From: a virus
Length of the DNA: 64,000 nucleotides
Strand: one strand, 5' to 3'
Virus record (IMG/VR): IMGVR_UViG_3300050500_000608
Shown here piece by piece: positions 51,140 to 60,629 of this stretch (positions within the stretch are counted from its first letter, which is position 1; every line of letters starts with the position of its first letter). The position numbers and the translations under genes were made by a program. The notes beneath the pieces were generated by a model that was given only the letters and a program-made list of their open reading frames with translations, ran no database searches and was not told the origin of the DNA.

Positions 51140-51461
51140 ACCAGAATATCTGGTTATTCATAAAGCGCTACATAATCCGGCACAACCTACTGAAGTAGAG
51201 CTACCTGATGGAACCAGACTTCCTATCCTAAGGCATGGGGGTAGCCAATTCAGATATGTGAGCTACCGCTTCTCAGAGAGAAGCGGGGTAGCTGTGATGG
51301 AGCAGAATATCAATAAGCCCTCACGTTATTCAGACAGAGCTCGCAGAGGAGAACAAATTAGCTGGGTAGCTCCGCTTTATGGATCGGGGCTATCTCACGG
51401 ATGGCTGATCATTGACAATAATATCGCTGATCAACTTGAACAAATACCAAAAACTACCTAA
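51120..51461 (+). CDS. Hypothetical protein
   Basis: 113 aa. Confidence 0.55.
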   Translation: MNLQHYRPEYLVIHKALHNPAQPTEVELPDGTRLPILRHGGSQFRYVSYRFSERSGVAVMEQNINKPSRYSDRARRGEQISWVAPLYGSGLSHGWLIIDNNIADQLEQIPKTT

Positions 51462-51464
51462 GCT

Positions 51465-51818
51465 ATGACAACCCTTATTTGGATACTTCTTATTTATAGT
51501 GCGATAGTGCTTATCTCAGAGGCGGTAATCAGCTGGAGCATGAAAACATGGATGTCTAAACGACAATCTGTTCAGGATATAATGAACCATCCTATTATTC
51601 CCTGGCAATTTGTATCGTTTATAATAGCTGCTACACCCGGAGTAAATCTGTTTACGGTGACACTATTACTTATTGCCAGATATCAATATTTGAAGCATAA
51701 AAGAAGAATGAAAAGGATTGCAGCTAACCTTAGAAACATAGCAAGTCGCAATCCACAAGCGGCGAAAGAGTTAGAAAGGCTTGCACAGATGGCAGAGGAC
51801 TTACCTGACAAGGAATAA
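51465..51818 (+). CDS. Membrane protein
   Basis: Two hydrophobic segments including the TPGVNL motif. Confidence 0.55.
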   Translation: MTTLIWILLIYSAIVLISEAVISWSMKTWMSKRQSVQDIMNHPIIPWQFVSFIIAATPGVNLFTVTLLLIARYQYLKHKRRMKRIAANLRNIASRNPQAAKELERLAQMAEDLPDKE

Positions 51819-51829
51819 AAAATACTTAT

Positions 51830-52147
51830 ATGGAACCACAGTTTAAAGATATACAGGTGGGAGATAAGCTTATTCGTATGCTAGGTGGAGTCTTGCCTAT
51901 ATATGTAATAGTCACTAAAATAGACAGTGAGACTATAACATGCTGCCATCCACCGAAAGATTATGGAGAAGTTAGGACAAGTGTCCAGAAGGTGTCCGAG
52001 CGCCTAAATATACCTCTCTCAGAGGAGGATTTGGAAGATGCTCCTACCTGGACTTTCTCAATCAACAACGGAGCAGAATTAGATCCTATGCTTGGCTGGA
52101 CTGAGCAGTTTACTGGATCATACCTTATAAAACCTGAAAAAATATAA
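51830..52147 (+). CDS. SH3-like hypothetical protein
   Basis: DIQVGDKLIR motif shared with 53239-53535 and 54664-55158. Confidence 0.55.
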   Translation: MEPQFKDIQVGDKLIRMLGGVLPIYVIVTKIDSETITCCHPPKDYGEVRTSVQKVSERLNIPLSEEDLEDAPTWTFSINNGAELDPMLGWTEQFTGSYLIKPEKI

Positions 52148-52148
52148 A

Positions 52149-52529
52149 ATGCAATACGATCCTAAATTGAAGAAGGTTACAGCCCAAATTAAGGAGCTTT
52201 TGATAGAAAACGATATTGCAGGCCTTGTGGTTCTGCATACACCTAATTTCTCTGAATATCTGCTCCATGTAGATACTTCTTACTCATGCGCCAGACCTGA
52301 AGGCACAGGAAGCATTCGTGTGAGAGCCAGATTACAGGAAGATTTCAATGGCAATCAAGAACAGCATACTAAAAAGCTGACTGACACTGCCAATATGTTC
52401 CAGCATCTGGCCACGACAGGCGGAAATATTGTGATGTCTGTTATGCGTATGGCAGAACATCTGAATGAACATTTGAACGCTGAACACAGGCCGGGCGACA
52501 GTACAAGTCATAACCAGCAAAATAATTAG
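52149..52529 (+). CDS. Hypothetical protein
   Basis: 126 aa. Confidence 0.6.
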   Translation: MQYDPKLKKVTAQIKELLIENDIAGLVVLHTPNFSEYLLHVDTSYSCARPEGTGSIRVRARLQEDFNGNQEQHTKKLTDTANMFQHLATTGGNIVMSVMRMAEHLNEHLNAEHRPGDSTSHNQQNN

Positions 52530-52532
52530 CTT

Positions 52533-53252
52533 ATGAAGCCAGTGTATCAATTTCTGGAGAGGAGTGCCAGAAATGGTACACCTGCCAAAGATATGGCCCG
52601 AACCTTAGCTGTTCGGGAAATCTACTCCTTTATCAGAGAGATAGACAAAAGGAAGTTTAATATGCTCAGCCTTCCTGGGCCGTGGTGGAAAGCTGAGCTG
52701 GAGCTGTCTGAGTATGTGTATCGGAAGAAGAGGCGCAGAGATGTGAATCTTCATTATACAGGATGTGAGAAAGATCTTAAGCTGTTCAATATAGCAGCTG
52801 TAAGAATGACACCTTCCAGGAAGAAGAGTAGTCCCGGTTTGAAGATTGACCGGTACAATAAAGAGCTTGATTGTCAGGTAATAACGAATGGAGCTACACG
52901 GGTCTTATTTCATACAGACGTATTCAGATATATGGAGCTTGCGCTCCGGCAATTTGATTGCATCTGGTTGGATACTACCAATACACTACCCTATATTGAT
53001 ACCAAACTACATCTGGTAGATAAAGTAGCTAAAGAACAGTGTCTATTCCTCCTGACAGTGCTTAGGCACAGGGATCCTGGATTGCCGCCAATTGGCCGTC
53101 TGGACTATGCCTGTGCAATAATGAGCCAATATGGATTTGAGCTTATTGATCAGATGCCCTATACAGATACTTCCAACATGCTCCAACTTATCTTTCGGAA
53201 GGGGAAGAGCAGAGAGTTGATTCTTAAAAATATAACTGATGACAACACTTGA
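52533..53252 (+). CDS. Class I SAM-dependent methyltransferase-like protein
   Basis: MLSLPGP (motif I-like), YTGCEKD, FDCIWLD. Confidence 0.5.
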   Translation: MKPVYQFLERSARNGTPAKDMARTLAVREIYSFIREIDKRKFNMLSLPGPWWKAELELSEYVYRKKRRRDVNLHYTGCEKDLKLFNIAAVRMTPSRKKSSPGLKIDRYNKELDCQVITNGATRVLFHTDVFRYMELALRQFDCIWLDTTNTLPYIDTKLHLVDKVAKEQCLFLLTVLRHRDPGLPPIGRLDYACAIMSQYGFELIDQMPYTDTSNMLQLIFRKGKSRELILKNITDDNT

Positions 53253-53535
53253 TCTCTCAACCATTGCAATAGGTGATCTGCTTATACGCAGATCGGCCCT
53301 TGTAGATATTCCTGTAGTTATCTCTGAGATGGATGAGGGTACTTTTATGGTTGGGCTGCGTCCTGAGGAGATCCAGCACAATGTGGAGATGATGACTCAG
53401 GGAATGATGCTGATGAAAGTTGAAGGTAGTCCTGTTGCCATGATCAAAGGTGTAGGATGGAAATATAGTCGACTTACAGGAGATGAGATAGATCCTAACC
53501 CGAAACTTGGTGGCTCTATACTATTAAAAGAATAA
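53239..53535 (+). CDS. SH3-like hypothetical protein
   Basis: IAIGDLLIRR motif. Confidence 0.5.
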   Translation: MTTLDLSTIAIGDLLIRRSALVDIPVVISEMDEGTFMVGLRPEEIQHNVEMMTQGMMLMKVEGSPVAMIKGVGWKYSRLTGDEIDPNPKLGGSILLKE

Positions 53536-53537
53536 CT

Positions 53538-53804
53538 ATGGAAAAGATACCAACAGCAGACGAATTTATAGGTCAATGGCTTATAGAAAACACTGGCATC
53601 AAGGGAGAAGCCAAAGATGCGTATTGGAATCTACATCACTTATTTGACGCTCCTGTAGCTAAAAGGTACATAACTAGGGCCATGAAGGCATATGCGAATC
53701 TTCATGCGCAGGCAGCTCTTGAAACGGCTTACAGAAAACATTGGAATATGCTCCACGACTCAGATGATATTCTAAATGCTTATCCGCCTGAAAATATAAA
53801 GTAA
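53538..53804 (+). CDS. Hypothetical protein
   Basis: 88 aa. Confidence 0.55.
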   Translation: MEKIPTADEFIGQWLIENTGIKGEAKDAYWNLHHLFDAPVAKRYITRAMKAYANLHAQAALETAYRKHWNMLHDSDDILNAYPPENIK

Positions 53805-54244
53805 TGAAAGAGCAACGTATAACATTCAAAACAGCCAAACTGGCTAAAGAGAAAGGCTTCCACTGGCGAACACTGCAGAAAGGAGACCCTCCTTATACAG
53901 GAACGTTGCCAAGATTGATTGTATCTGAAGGACCAGGCGAAGAACATAATAATCCATGCTTCTCAGAGAACGGGAAAGAAATAACGCCGAAGTACTATGA
54001 GCCAAGAAATCCTCATTATCCCAGACCTACACAATCGCTACTGCAAAAATGGCTTAGAGAGAAGCACGGGATACATGTATTAGCTGGTCCTATAAGGGAG
54101 GGGAAATGGGATTACTTCATCTGCAATCTGGTAGGAATTAATATCGGGGAGGACAGTGAGGATAGCAACTATAGTACCTATGAGGAATGCTTTGAGGCGG
54201 TTCTTTATGAAGCATTAAAACTTATCAAGGATGAAACAGTATGA
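53804..54244 (+). CDS. Bacteroidetes-phage-type hypothetical protein
   Basis: TAKLAKEKGF...PTQSLLQKWLREKH...TYEE motif set. Confidence 0.65.
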   Translation: MKEQRITFKTAKLAKEKGFHWRTLQKGDPPYTGTLPRLIVSEGPGEEHNNPCFSENGKEITPKYYEPRNPHYPRPTQSLLQKWLREKHGIHVLAGPIREGKWDYFICNLVGINIGEDSEDSNYSTYEECFEAVLYEALKLIKDETV

Positions 54245-54395
54245 ATATAAACCTGTGACCAGATTATGGTCAGCGATAGAAGAACTTGTCCTATTATATG
54301 AGCATGGGAAGGAAGGATGGAGGCTCGTTACTGTAGTTATAGATGGAAACTGGAGAACTTACTACTTTGAACGGGAGGTAAAAGATGGACAATAA
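54231..54395 (+). CDS. DUF4177-like small protein (54 aa)
   Basis: Hand translation MKQYEYK...GKEGWRLVTV...YYFER; paralog of 39111-39296. Confidence 0.55.
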   Translation: MKQYEYKPVTRLWSAIEELVLLYEHGKEGWRLVTVVIDGNWRTYYFEREVKDGQ

Positions 54396-54657
54396 GGCAA
54401 TGGCCTTCCTGACACTGCTTGAAGATGCCAGAATAAACGCGCGGTCATCTGAGATAGAAGGTATATATATTGAGCTGATCAAGAGGTATAACGAAATATT
54501 CACCTCTCTCAGAGAAGAGAAGATTACCTGTACTACTATGACAAAAGATAAGATCACTTCTACTCCAAAAACATTGGCAGAGCTGTGGGATCTTTATAAG
54601 AGCGGACAGGTCAGTATTATCTTGATACCTAAGAAAGTAAAAGCTAAACCTAAATAG
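54385..54657 (+). CDS. Hypothetical protein
   Basis: 90 aa. Confidence 0.5.
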   Translation: MDNKAMAFLTLLEDARINARSSEIEGIYIELIKRYNEIFTSLREEKITCTTMTKDKITSTPKTLAELWDLYKSGQVSIILIPKKVKAKPK

Positions 54658-54663
54658 CAAGTT

Positions 54664-55158
54664 ATGGAAGAGAAGATATATTTCACAAAATACCTACCTG
54701 TAGAAGGAGAGATAAAGGAGAATGACCATTACATCTCTGATAGGGGAGATATCTTTCAGGATAAGAAAGGTACTCGGCATTATACCGGGGATAAAAAAGT
54801 GAAGATGTTTCTCTGCTCAAGAGATATACAGGTGGGTGATAAGATAATACATCCTATGACTGGAGAAGAAGTGGAAGTCCTCAGTATTATTAACGGTTGG
54901 ATAAAATATGGTGATCACCCCAATGAGATCGCTAATACAGGATTGTTTAAGAAAATAGGAGAAATCTCTCCTGAAGCTACATGGGTAAAGGAAGGAATGC
55001 GGTTCTCTGAGAGCGAGGTAGAGGAATGGTGGGGGCAGGCAATAACCCATTACCCAATGATAAGGAAACTGCATGCTGATACCTGGGGATATGAGAAGCT
55101 GGCAGAGAACTGCCCAGTCGTCTACAAAGTAAAAGGCCCTTGCGGTCATTTTCATTAA
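54664..55158 (+). CDS. Hypothetical protein
   Basis: 164 aa, ends in CGHFH. Confidence 0.6.
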   Translation: MEEKIYFTKYLPVEGEIKENDHYISDRGDIFQDKKGTRHYTGDKKVKMFLCSRDIQVGDKIIHPMTGEEVEVLSIINGWIKYGDHPNEIANTGLFKKIGEISPEATWVKEGMRFSESEVEEWWGQAITHYPMIRKLHADTWGYEKLAENCPVVYKVKGPCGHFH

Positions 55159-55177
55159 AACAATCAAAACTTCTCTT

Positions 55178-55588
55178 ATGGACGAACTTAAAAACTCTCC
55201 TGTCATCAAAGCACTTGAGCATATGGTAACATTGAGTGCCTTTGAAGGGAATGTTTATCCTCAGCCTGCTGTCGGCCAAGATGGTGATCAAATCGACGTG
55301 ATAGCATTTGCTTTAAATGCACCCGAAATATTCGTCAAGGTTCGTGAGATTATAACAAGCAGCAAATATGGCGAATTTGCCTTTGGACTCGACAGGCTCA
55401 CTGGACCCAATCAGGGCACTGATCCCAAATATACTGATGTGTATACCATATTCCACCATCTCGGAGACGGGATGTGGACATATTGGATGCTCCCCTATAC
55501 CAAGGGTGATGTAGGTGAGCTCATGCCAGCCAGCTCTTTCTGGTCTGATCAAATGGAAGAGGAGCGCCTATCGAAGCAGATTATTTAA
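55178..55588 (+). CDS. Hypothetical protein
   Basis: 136 aa. Confidence 0.55.
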   Translation: MDELKNSPVIKALEHMVTLSAFEGNVYPQPAVGQDGDQIDVIAFALNAPEIFVKVREIITSSKYGEFAFGLDRLTGPNQGTDPKYTDVYTIFHHLGDGMWTYWMLPYTKGDVGELMPASSFWSDQMEEERLSKQII

Positions 55589-55608
55589 GCGTAAATAAAT
55601 TAACCAAC

Positions 55609-56148
55609 ATGAGTAGCGAAAAACAATTTACAGTGCTTATTCTTCAGCATCGGCCTATTATTCACAAAGTGTATGATCTGTATTGTCACAAGAGCTACCC
55701 GGAAGACGACTTCTTTCAGGACGTTGCCATAGGTGCATGGAAGAGCTTCCCCAAATTCAGGGGAGAAGCAAAGTTTAGCACATGGCTGTATAAGATATCC
55801 AAGTTCACAGCTATCGACAGGGTACGTAGAATTGGGGCCGCTATTAAGACTGTCTCCTACGATAACCCTTTCTATCAGGTACAGGCTGAAGTAATACGTG
55901 ATGAGAATGAGCGCATATCGAAACTTACTGAAATGATGAGAGAAAACAGAGCTAAGTATCTGATCTCTGCACTTTCAGAATACCAGCAGAATCTGGTAAT
56001 GCTATATGCCCTTGGTAAATCCTACACTGAGATGGAGAAAATCCTGGGGGTAAGCGAGACTACATTACGAGTACATATGTATAGGATCAAGGAAAGGCTG
56101 AACCGAAAATTTGGCTCATCCGCAACTATGGATAAGTACGGCGATTGA
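55609..56148 (+). CDS. ECF sigma70 factor (Bacteroidetes type)
   Basis: HRPIIHKV...EDDFFQDV...WKSFPKFRGEAKFSTWLYKI...GKSYTEM..ILGVSETTLRVHMYRIK; terminator at 56168-56211. Confidence 0.92.
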   Translation: MSSEKQFTVLILQHRPIIHKVYDLYCHKSYPEDDFFQDVAIGAWKSFPKFRGEAKFSTWLYKISKFTAIDRVRRIGAAIKTVSYDNPFYQVQAEVIRDENERISKLTEMMRENRAKYLISALSEYQQNLVMLYALGKSYTEMEKILGVSETTLRVHMYRIKERLNRKFGSSATMDKYGD

Positions 56149-56251
56149 GTGTTTCAGGGATGTGTAAAGGGAGGGGTTTTTTAAACATTTTGTTTTTCCT
56201 CTCCCTTTTTTATTTCTATAACTTGCCAGGTTTATCTAAATTTCAGGTCTT

Positions 56252-56458
56252 ATGAAAGCAAAGTTCAAGACCCGGAAAGGATTCGAGGGATGGCAGGCCG
56301 GATTTATTATCGGCGTTCAAACCTTCTGGCTCCAAGAGGTGGAGACTAAAGAATCAGCAAAATGGTACGTGAAGAATCTGCGTACTGCATTTAAAAATCT
56401 TCAAACCACGAAAACATGTAGACGGTGCACAAAACGTAAGAAAAAACCAAAATCATGA
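56252..56458 (+). CDS. Hypothetical protein
   Basis: 68 aa. Confidence 0.5.
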   Translation: MKAKFKTRKGFEGWQAGFIIGVQTFWLQEVETKESAKWYVKNLRTAFKNLQTTKTCRRCTKRKKKPKS

Positions 56459-57198
56459 ACTCAGCATTAAAACAAGAGATCATGGATGCCTACAGAGTAG
56501 GCGGAGCTGAAATACCAGCGATAGCAAGAGTTTATGGAGTTCCGGAGGCACAGATTGAAAAGCTTATATTTCCTCACGGTAGAGAAAGAAAAGTACTTCC
56601 CATAGTATTGCCGAAAATAGCAAAGGATGTAACAACATTGTACGGTGCGGAAGGTATTATCAGAATACCTGGAGGAATACGTAAGCTTATACCCCTCTCT
56701 GAGAGCAGGTTGAAAGTAATCCATAGGGAGCGTGTTAATGGAGCCTCTGTAAAAGAATCAGATCGAAAGGCAGGAACAACTCCGAGTAAAGCCAAAACGC
56801 CGGAAGGCAGGTTGGGAGCACTCAAAGCATGGGAAACCATGCGTAAGCAAAGGGCAGAAGCAGCAGGGGAAATATATATACCCCGCACTATCGAAGAGCT
56901 GAAGATCCTGGCAGGTATTATAGATGATCCAAAACCAGTAGCTCAACAACCCGAAAAGGTTGTAGTAGTAGCAAAACCAGAAGAGGTCCCTGTACAACCC
57001 ACTGTTGTATTCCAGCCCGCTCCAGCACCTGTAGTAGAGCAGAAGAAAGAGGATGAGCTGGATATAGACTACAAGCCAATAGTGGAAATGGGACGTGTCG
57101 TAGATGCTTATTGTAAGCAATATGATATAACACTGAAGGAGCTTCTGGATTCTCACCAACAGCTCGGGTTGATCACAAAACTGATCACTAAAACTTAG
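56455..57198 (+). CDS. HTH-containing hypothetical protein
   Basis: IPAIARVYGVPEAQI helix-turn-helix-like segment; Pro/Val-rich linker. Confidence 0.55.
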   Translation: MNSALKQEIMDAYRVGGAEIPAIARVYGVPEAQIEKLIFPHGRERKVLPIVLPKIAKDVTTLYGAEGIIRIPGGIRKLIPLSESRLKVIHRERVNGASVKESDRKAGTTPSKAKTPEGRLGALKAWETMRKQRAEAAGEIYIPRTIEELKILAGIIDDPKPVAQQPEKVVVVAKPEEVPVQPTVVFQPAPAPVVEQKKEDELDIDYKPIVEMGRVVDAYCKQYDITLKELLDSHQQLGLITKLITKT

Positions 57199-57207
57199 CA
57201 AAACATC

Positions 57208-57453
57208 ATGGCAATTCAAGAAGGCAAACCTATCTGGGTGGAATCACTTATGACACCAGCCGAGATAAAGGAGTATGCCAAAAAACACTCCACATGCCAA
57301 GCGAGCAGGAATGGTGAAACCTTCCCTGAATTTGAATGTGAATTCAAATGGCGAAAAGGTATGGGATCGCGTCTGTCGTCTGAAGAGATGAAATTTATTA
57401 ATTCACGCATTGATGCTGTATTAATTAGCGCCGGCATAAATCGAAAATCATGA
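57208..57453 (+). CDS. Hypothetical protein
   Basis: 81 aa. Confidence 0.5.
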   Translation: MAIQEGKPIWVESLMTPAEIKEYAKKHSTCQASRNGETFPEFECEFKWRKGMGSRLSSEEMKFINSRIDAVLISAGINRKS

Positions 57454-57665
57454 ACACAATAATTCAAAGTACAAGTGTACATGACAAAGGATGCAATGGC
57501 TGTGTGCAGCACAAACGAGATGTAATGATCACTCTGATTACTGACCCTCCTGAAGGCTCGGATAAGAAGATGGGGTTTAATGATTTCTTTCTGACTAATG
57601 AACAGGCAGCTCGTCTTATGATGCAGCTGCAGGAGGTACTGATGCTCAATACATCACCTGAATAA
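57450..57665 (+). CDS. Hypothetical protein
   Basis: 71 aa; terminator at 57700-57731. Confidence 0.5.
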   Translation: MNTIIQSTSVHDKGCNGCVQHKRDVMITLITDPPEGSDKKMGFNDFFLTNEQAARLMMQLQEVLMLNTSPE

Positions 57666-57743
57666 ACTAATTTTCCTTTGCTCTCTTGTGGCTTTTCAAA
57701 GGGAGGGGCGTAAGCCCTTCCCTATTTTTTTAATACCTATACT

Positions 57744-58280
57744 ATGATCCAGGATTATAACTCACATCTTGAAAAAAGGGAACTGCAGAAGCGCCTATTA
57801 CTATTGGTAAAACCAAAGCGTGTAGTAACCCTTGCAGGTCCTAACATACTTACTTATACTAAGATGTATCCTGCCCATGTCAAACATTTTGAGATCTGGG
57901 AAAATGACCCGGAAACAATGCTGCATCAGCTGCCAATTCTTCGAAAGATGTCTGGAAAAAGGATGATTTATCATTTTGGGGATATTGCGGGTGCGAAGAT
58001 TAACAGGTCTGCTTTCTATGATCTTGATTTTTGTAGCTATATCCCTAGCGTAAAATCTCATGTAAAAAGATTCAAAGACTGTAAGTTCATGCTTACCGTC
58101 TGTCTGAGGGACTGTTCTATTGAAAACACAATCTCTATCTTCCTGGAGAGTGTGGAGGAACGGCTGATATCTGATATCCATCATCCTCACCATAATCTTA
58201 TGAAAACTAATAAGAATCAATATCTATATGTTACCTACCACGATATCTCCTCTATGATAACAATATTCAAATTTCATTAA
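57744..58280 (+). CDS. Class I SAM-dependent methyltransferase-like protein (paralog of 52533-53252)
   Basis: VVTLAGP, FEIWEND, HFGDI, FYDLDFC. Confidence 0.5.
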   Translation: MIQDYNSHLEKRELQKRLLLLVKPKRVVTLAGPNILTYTKMYPAHVKHFEIWENDPETMLHQLPILRKMSGKRMIYHFGDIAGAKINRSAFYDLDFCSYIPSVKSHVKRFKDCKFMLTVCLRDCSIENTISIFLESVEERLISDIHHPHHNLMKTNKNQYLYVTYHDISSMITIFKFH

Positions 58281-58303
58281 TAAAACATAAAATCCTAAGG
58301 TTT

Positions 58304-58750
58304 ATGAGTACTTACACACGCGAGCAGGAGGTAATCCTGCGAGAGATCGCCAAGGGTGATAAGAGCACATGGAACAGCAGCATTAAGTCTATACTCGGAG
58401 AGATGGATGGCAGGAAGCTTGCCACTGTATGGCAAAAAGTATATTCCTTATCTGGTCACTCTCCCAGATCCGTTAGTAATAAGAAGCCAAGAGCTGTTAA
58501 GCAAAAGTACAAATTGGTAAAGAAAAACAAGCAGTACAAGAAGGTAAAGACGCCAGCTCAGCGCAAAGCTGAATGGAGGGCTCGACAGAAAGAAAAAGCT
58601 GCCAAGGTAAATAATAAGCCAACTTACCGGCGTAAGCTTCATAAATCTCCTCTGAGAGGGACTACGATGCACGCGACAGCTAATGAACTACGCTTTCCGA
58701 TTGAATCCCTTCGTATAGAAGGAGGAGAGCTTATTGTTACTTTTAAATAA
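58304..58750 (+). CDS. Lys-rich putative nucleic-acid-binding protein
   Basis: 148 aa, strongly basic centre. Confidence 0.55.
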   Translation: MSTYTREQEVILREIAKGDKSTWNSSIKSILGEMDGRKLATVWQKVYSLSGHSPRSVSNKKPRAVKQKYKLVKKNKQYKKVKTPAQRKAEWRARQKEKAAKVNNKPTYRRKLHKSPLRGTTMHATANELRFPIESLRIEGGELIVTFK

Positions 58751-58758
58751 TCTTCGTA

Positions 58759-58995
58759 ATGGCTGAGGACGAAAAAGAAGCAAGGGTAATTGTCAAGATA
58801 CAGATTAGCCTTGCTTCTTCTGATGGACAATCATGGGCAATGATCTATGACCAGTCGAAAACCCGTATAGCACAGTTCGAGCCGCCGAAGTTGCTGCTTG
58901 ATATTATGAAAGGAAGGCCAAAAGCCTTCTTTTATGCTATCTTGGTGAATGATAAATTCGTCATTGAAGAGGAAGCTCCCTGGCAGGAATGGTAA
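58759..58995 (+). CDS. Hypothetical protein
   Basis: 78 aa, IVKIQISL...KAFFYA motif. Confidence 0.55.
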   Translation: MAEDEKEARVIVKIQISLASSDGQSWAMIYDQSKTRIAQFEPPKLLLDIMKGRPKAFFYAILVNDKFVIEEEAPWQEW

Positions 58996-59240
58996 ACCAA
59001 AACTTTATTTATGATCAGAAACACCCCTAAAGACCCCCCTCCCAGCTTATCAGGCTGTCTGTGGATAATTCTGCTGGTAGGACTGGCTTTCTATTTCCTG
59101 GTAACCTGCAACCGGTAGAGACTCTTATTTAATGAACAAATTCCATAACTTTAAAAATTAAAAACATGAAAAAAACGTGAGAAGTTATAATCTCGAATCG
59201 TCAGTAACCTACTAAAGTCCACCCATAAAATGCCCAATTT

Positions 59241-59498
59241 ATGTCAGCAAGTAGGAAACTCATGTACTCCAGGCGAGTACATGACAGAAAGTTACACCAA
59301 GGATATATCCAAGACAGGAGAGAGTTTGGCAAACATGTATATAAGCCTCATTTTCTGGATATTATAGCTACCCGTTGCACTCGTGATATACAAGAGGCGA
59401 GCAAAAGAGTGCAATTTAATCAGGGGAAGTATAAATACACACCATCCAGAGAATATGTACAGTTTCTGAAAAAGCATACGAAAGTAAAAAGGAAGTAA
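59241..59498 (+). CDS. Basic hypothetical protein
   Basis: 85 aa. Confidence 0.5.
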   Translation: MSASRKLMYSRRVHDRKLHQGYIQDRREFGKHVYKPHFLDIIATRCTRDIQEASKRVQFNQGKYKYTPSREYVQFLKKHTKVKRK

Positions 59499-59548
59499 CT
59501 GTTTTCTACCAAAGCGACCTACGAGTTAAAATTTAAAAATTCTTACAA

Positions 59549-60316
59549 ATGATCAATCCACTGAAAGAGCTCCAGAAGGAGCATCAGAAAAACATGGACG
59601 AACTCAGTGAGAAAACCGTAATTACTGAGACCAACCGACTTCTCTCCGAAAAGGGGCAGGAGGACTATGAGATGCTGAAAGATCTGGGTATGCATCACAA
59701 TGTCAAGAAGGTCATGGACCTGAAAGGTAAAAAGATCGAAATAGACACCCTGGAACAGAAATATGGTAGGATATATACCCGTGATGAGATAAAGGCTATC
59801 GCCTGCCGGTATGCACTCAAGTTCCGTAGAACTGATGAGTACAAAGGGTATGTAGATCCGGCTATCATGCAGAAGATACGTGAATTGGCTGCAGAAACGG
59901 GCGACCAGATAGATGCCAGTGCACTGGGTCGGAAGTTCTACATACTGGCTCCGCCTGCTGCTTTTGAGCTGAAGGAGGAAATTATTGAGCGACCTCGTGA
60001 TCCTATTCTGTTCTACCAGATAGGTTATGCTGGCACACACTATCGTGCTGTACATCAATGGGGTACAGACATGGGCTGGTGGAGACAGCTGATGGGTTGG
60101 AAATACCATTCAGAAGGTAATTACTTTCAGTACTGGTTTGCACTCATGTTCCTTATCATCTTTGCATTCAGTGTAGTACTCATCCCCAGCTGGTACGTAG
60201 CTATTCATAGTGCAGTCATTGCTTTTTGCATAGCAGCAGCAAGATTGACCAATGAAGAGCATCCACAAAGGGACTGGGATGTGATATGGGAAAATGATAT
60301 CAAACCAAAACCTTAA
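59549..60316 (+). CDS. Hypothetical protein with C-terminal TM helices
   Basis: 255 aa, RDPILFY...HQWG motif. Confidence 0.65.
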   Translation: MINPLKELQKEHQKNMDELSEKTVITETNRLLSEKGQEDYEMLKDLGMHHNVKKVMDLKGKKIEIDTLEQKYGRIYTRDEIKAIACRYALKFRRTDEYKGYVDPAIMQKIRELAAETGDQIDASALGRKFYILAPPAAFELKEEIIERPRDPILFYQIGYAGTHYRAVHQWGTDMGWWRQLMGWKYHSEGNYFQYWFALMFLIIFAFSVVLIPSWYVAIHSAVIAFCIAAARLTNEEHPQRDWDVIWENDIKPKP

Positions 60317-60321
60317 AAGTT

Positions 60322-60600
60322 ATGAAGAAAACACTCATTGTTCTATCTTTGCTGGCTTTTGTATACATGGTCTATACTGCCTCATTGCTACTACATAACC
60401 TCTCCCCTTCTCTGAGAGTAGTAGAAGATAGGGTTCGGATGCCCAATATGGAGGCTAAGAGGATGGGGTATACTATCAGAGATAACCGGGAATACTATCG
60501 CAAGATTGTATATGAAGAACGCCGGCAAACCAAGGGTTTGTCCTTAGAAATACGTCGTGATACTACCAGCAACGAAGTATTCTACGAAGATCAAAAATAG
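60322..60600 (+). CDS. Secreted or membrane-anchored hypothetical protein
   Basis: N-terminal hydrophobic helix. Confidence 0.5.
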   Translation: MKKTLIVLSLLAFVYMVYTASLLLHNLSPSLRVVEDRVRMPNMEAKRMGYTIRDNREYYRKIVYEERRQTKGLSLEIRRDTTSNEVFYEDQK

Positions 60601-60629
60601 CTGGTAGGAAACAGCATTAATTTTTAAGC

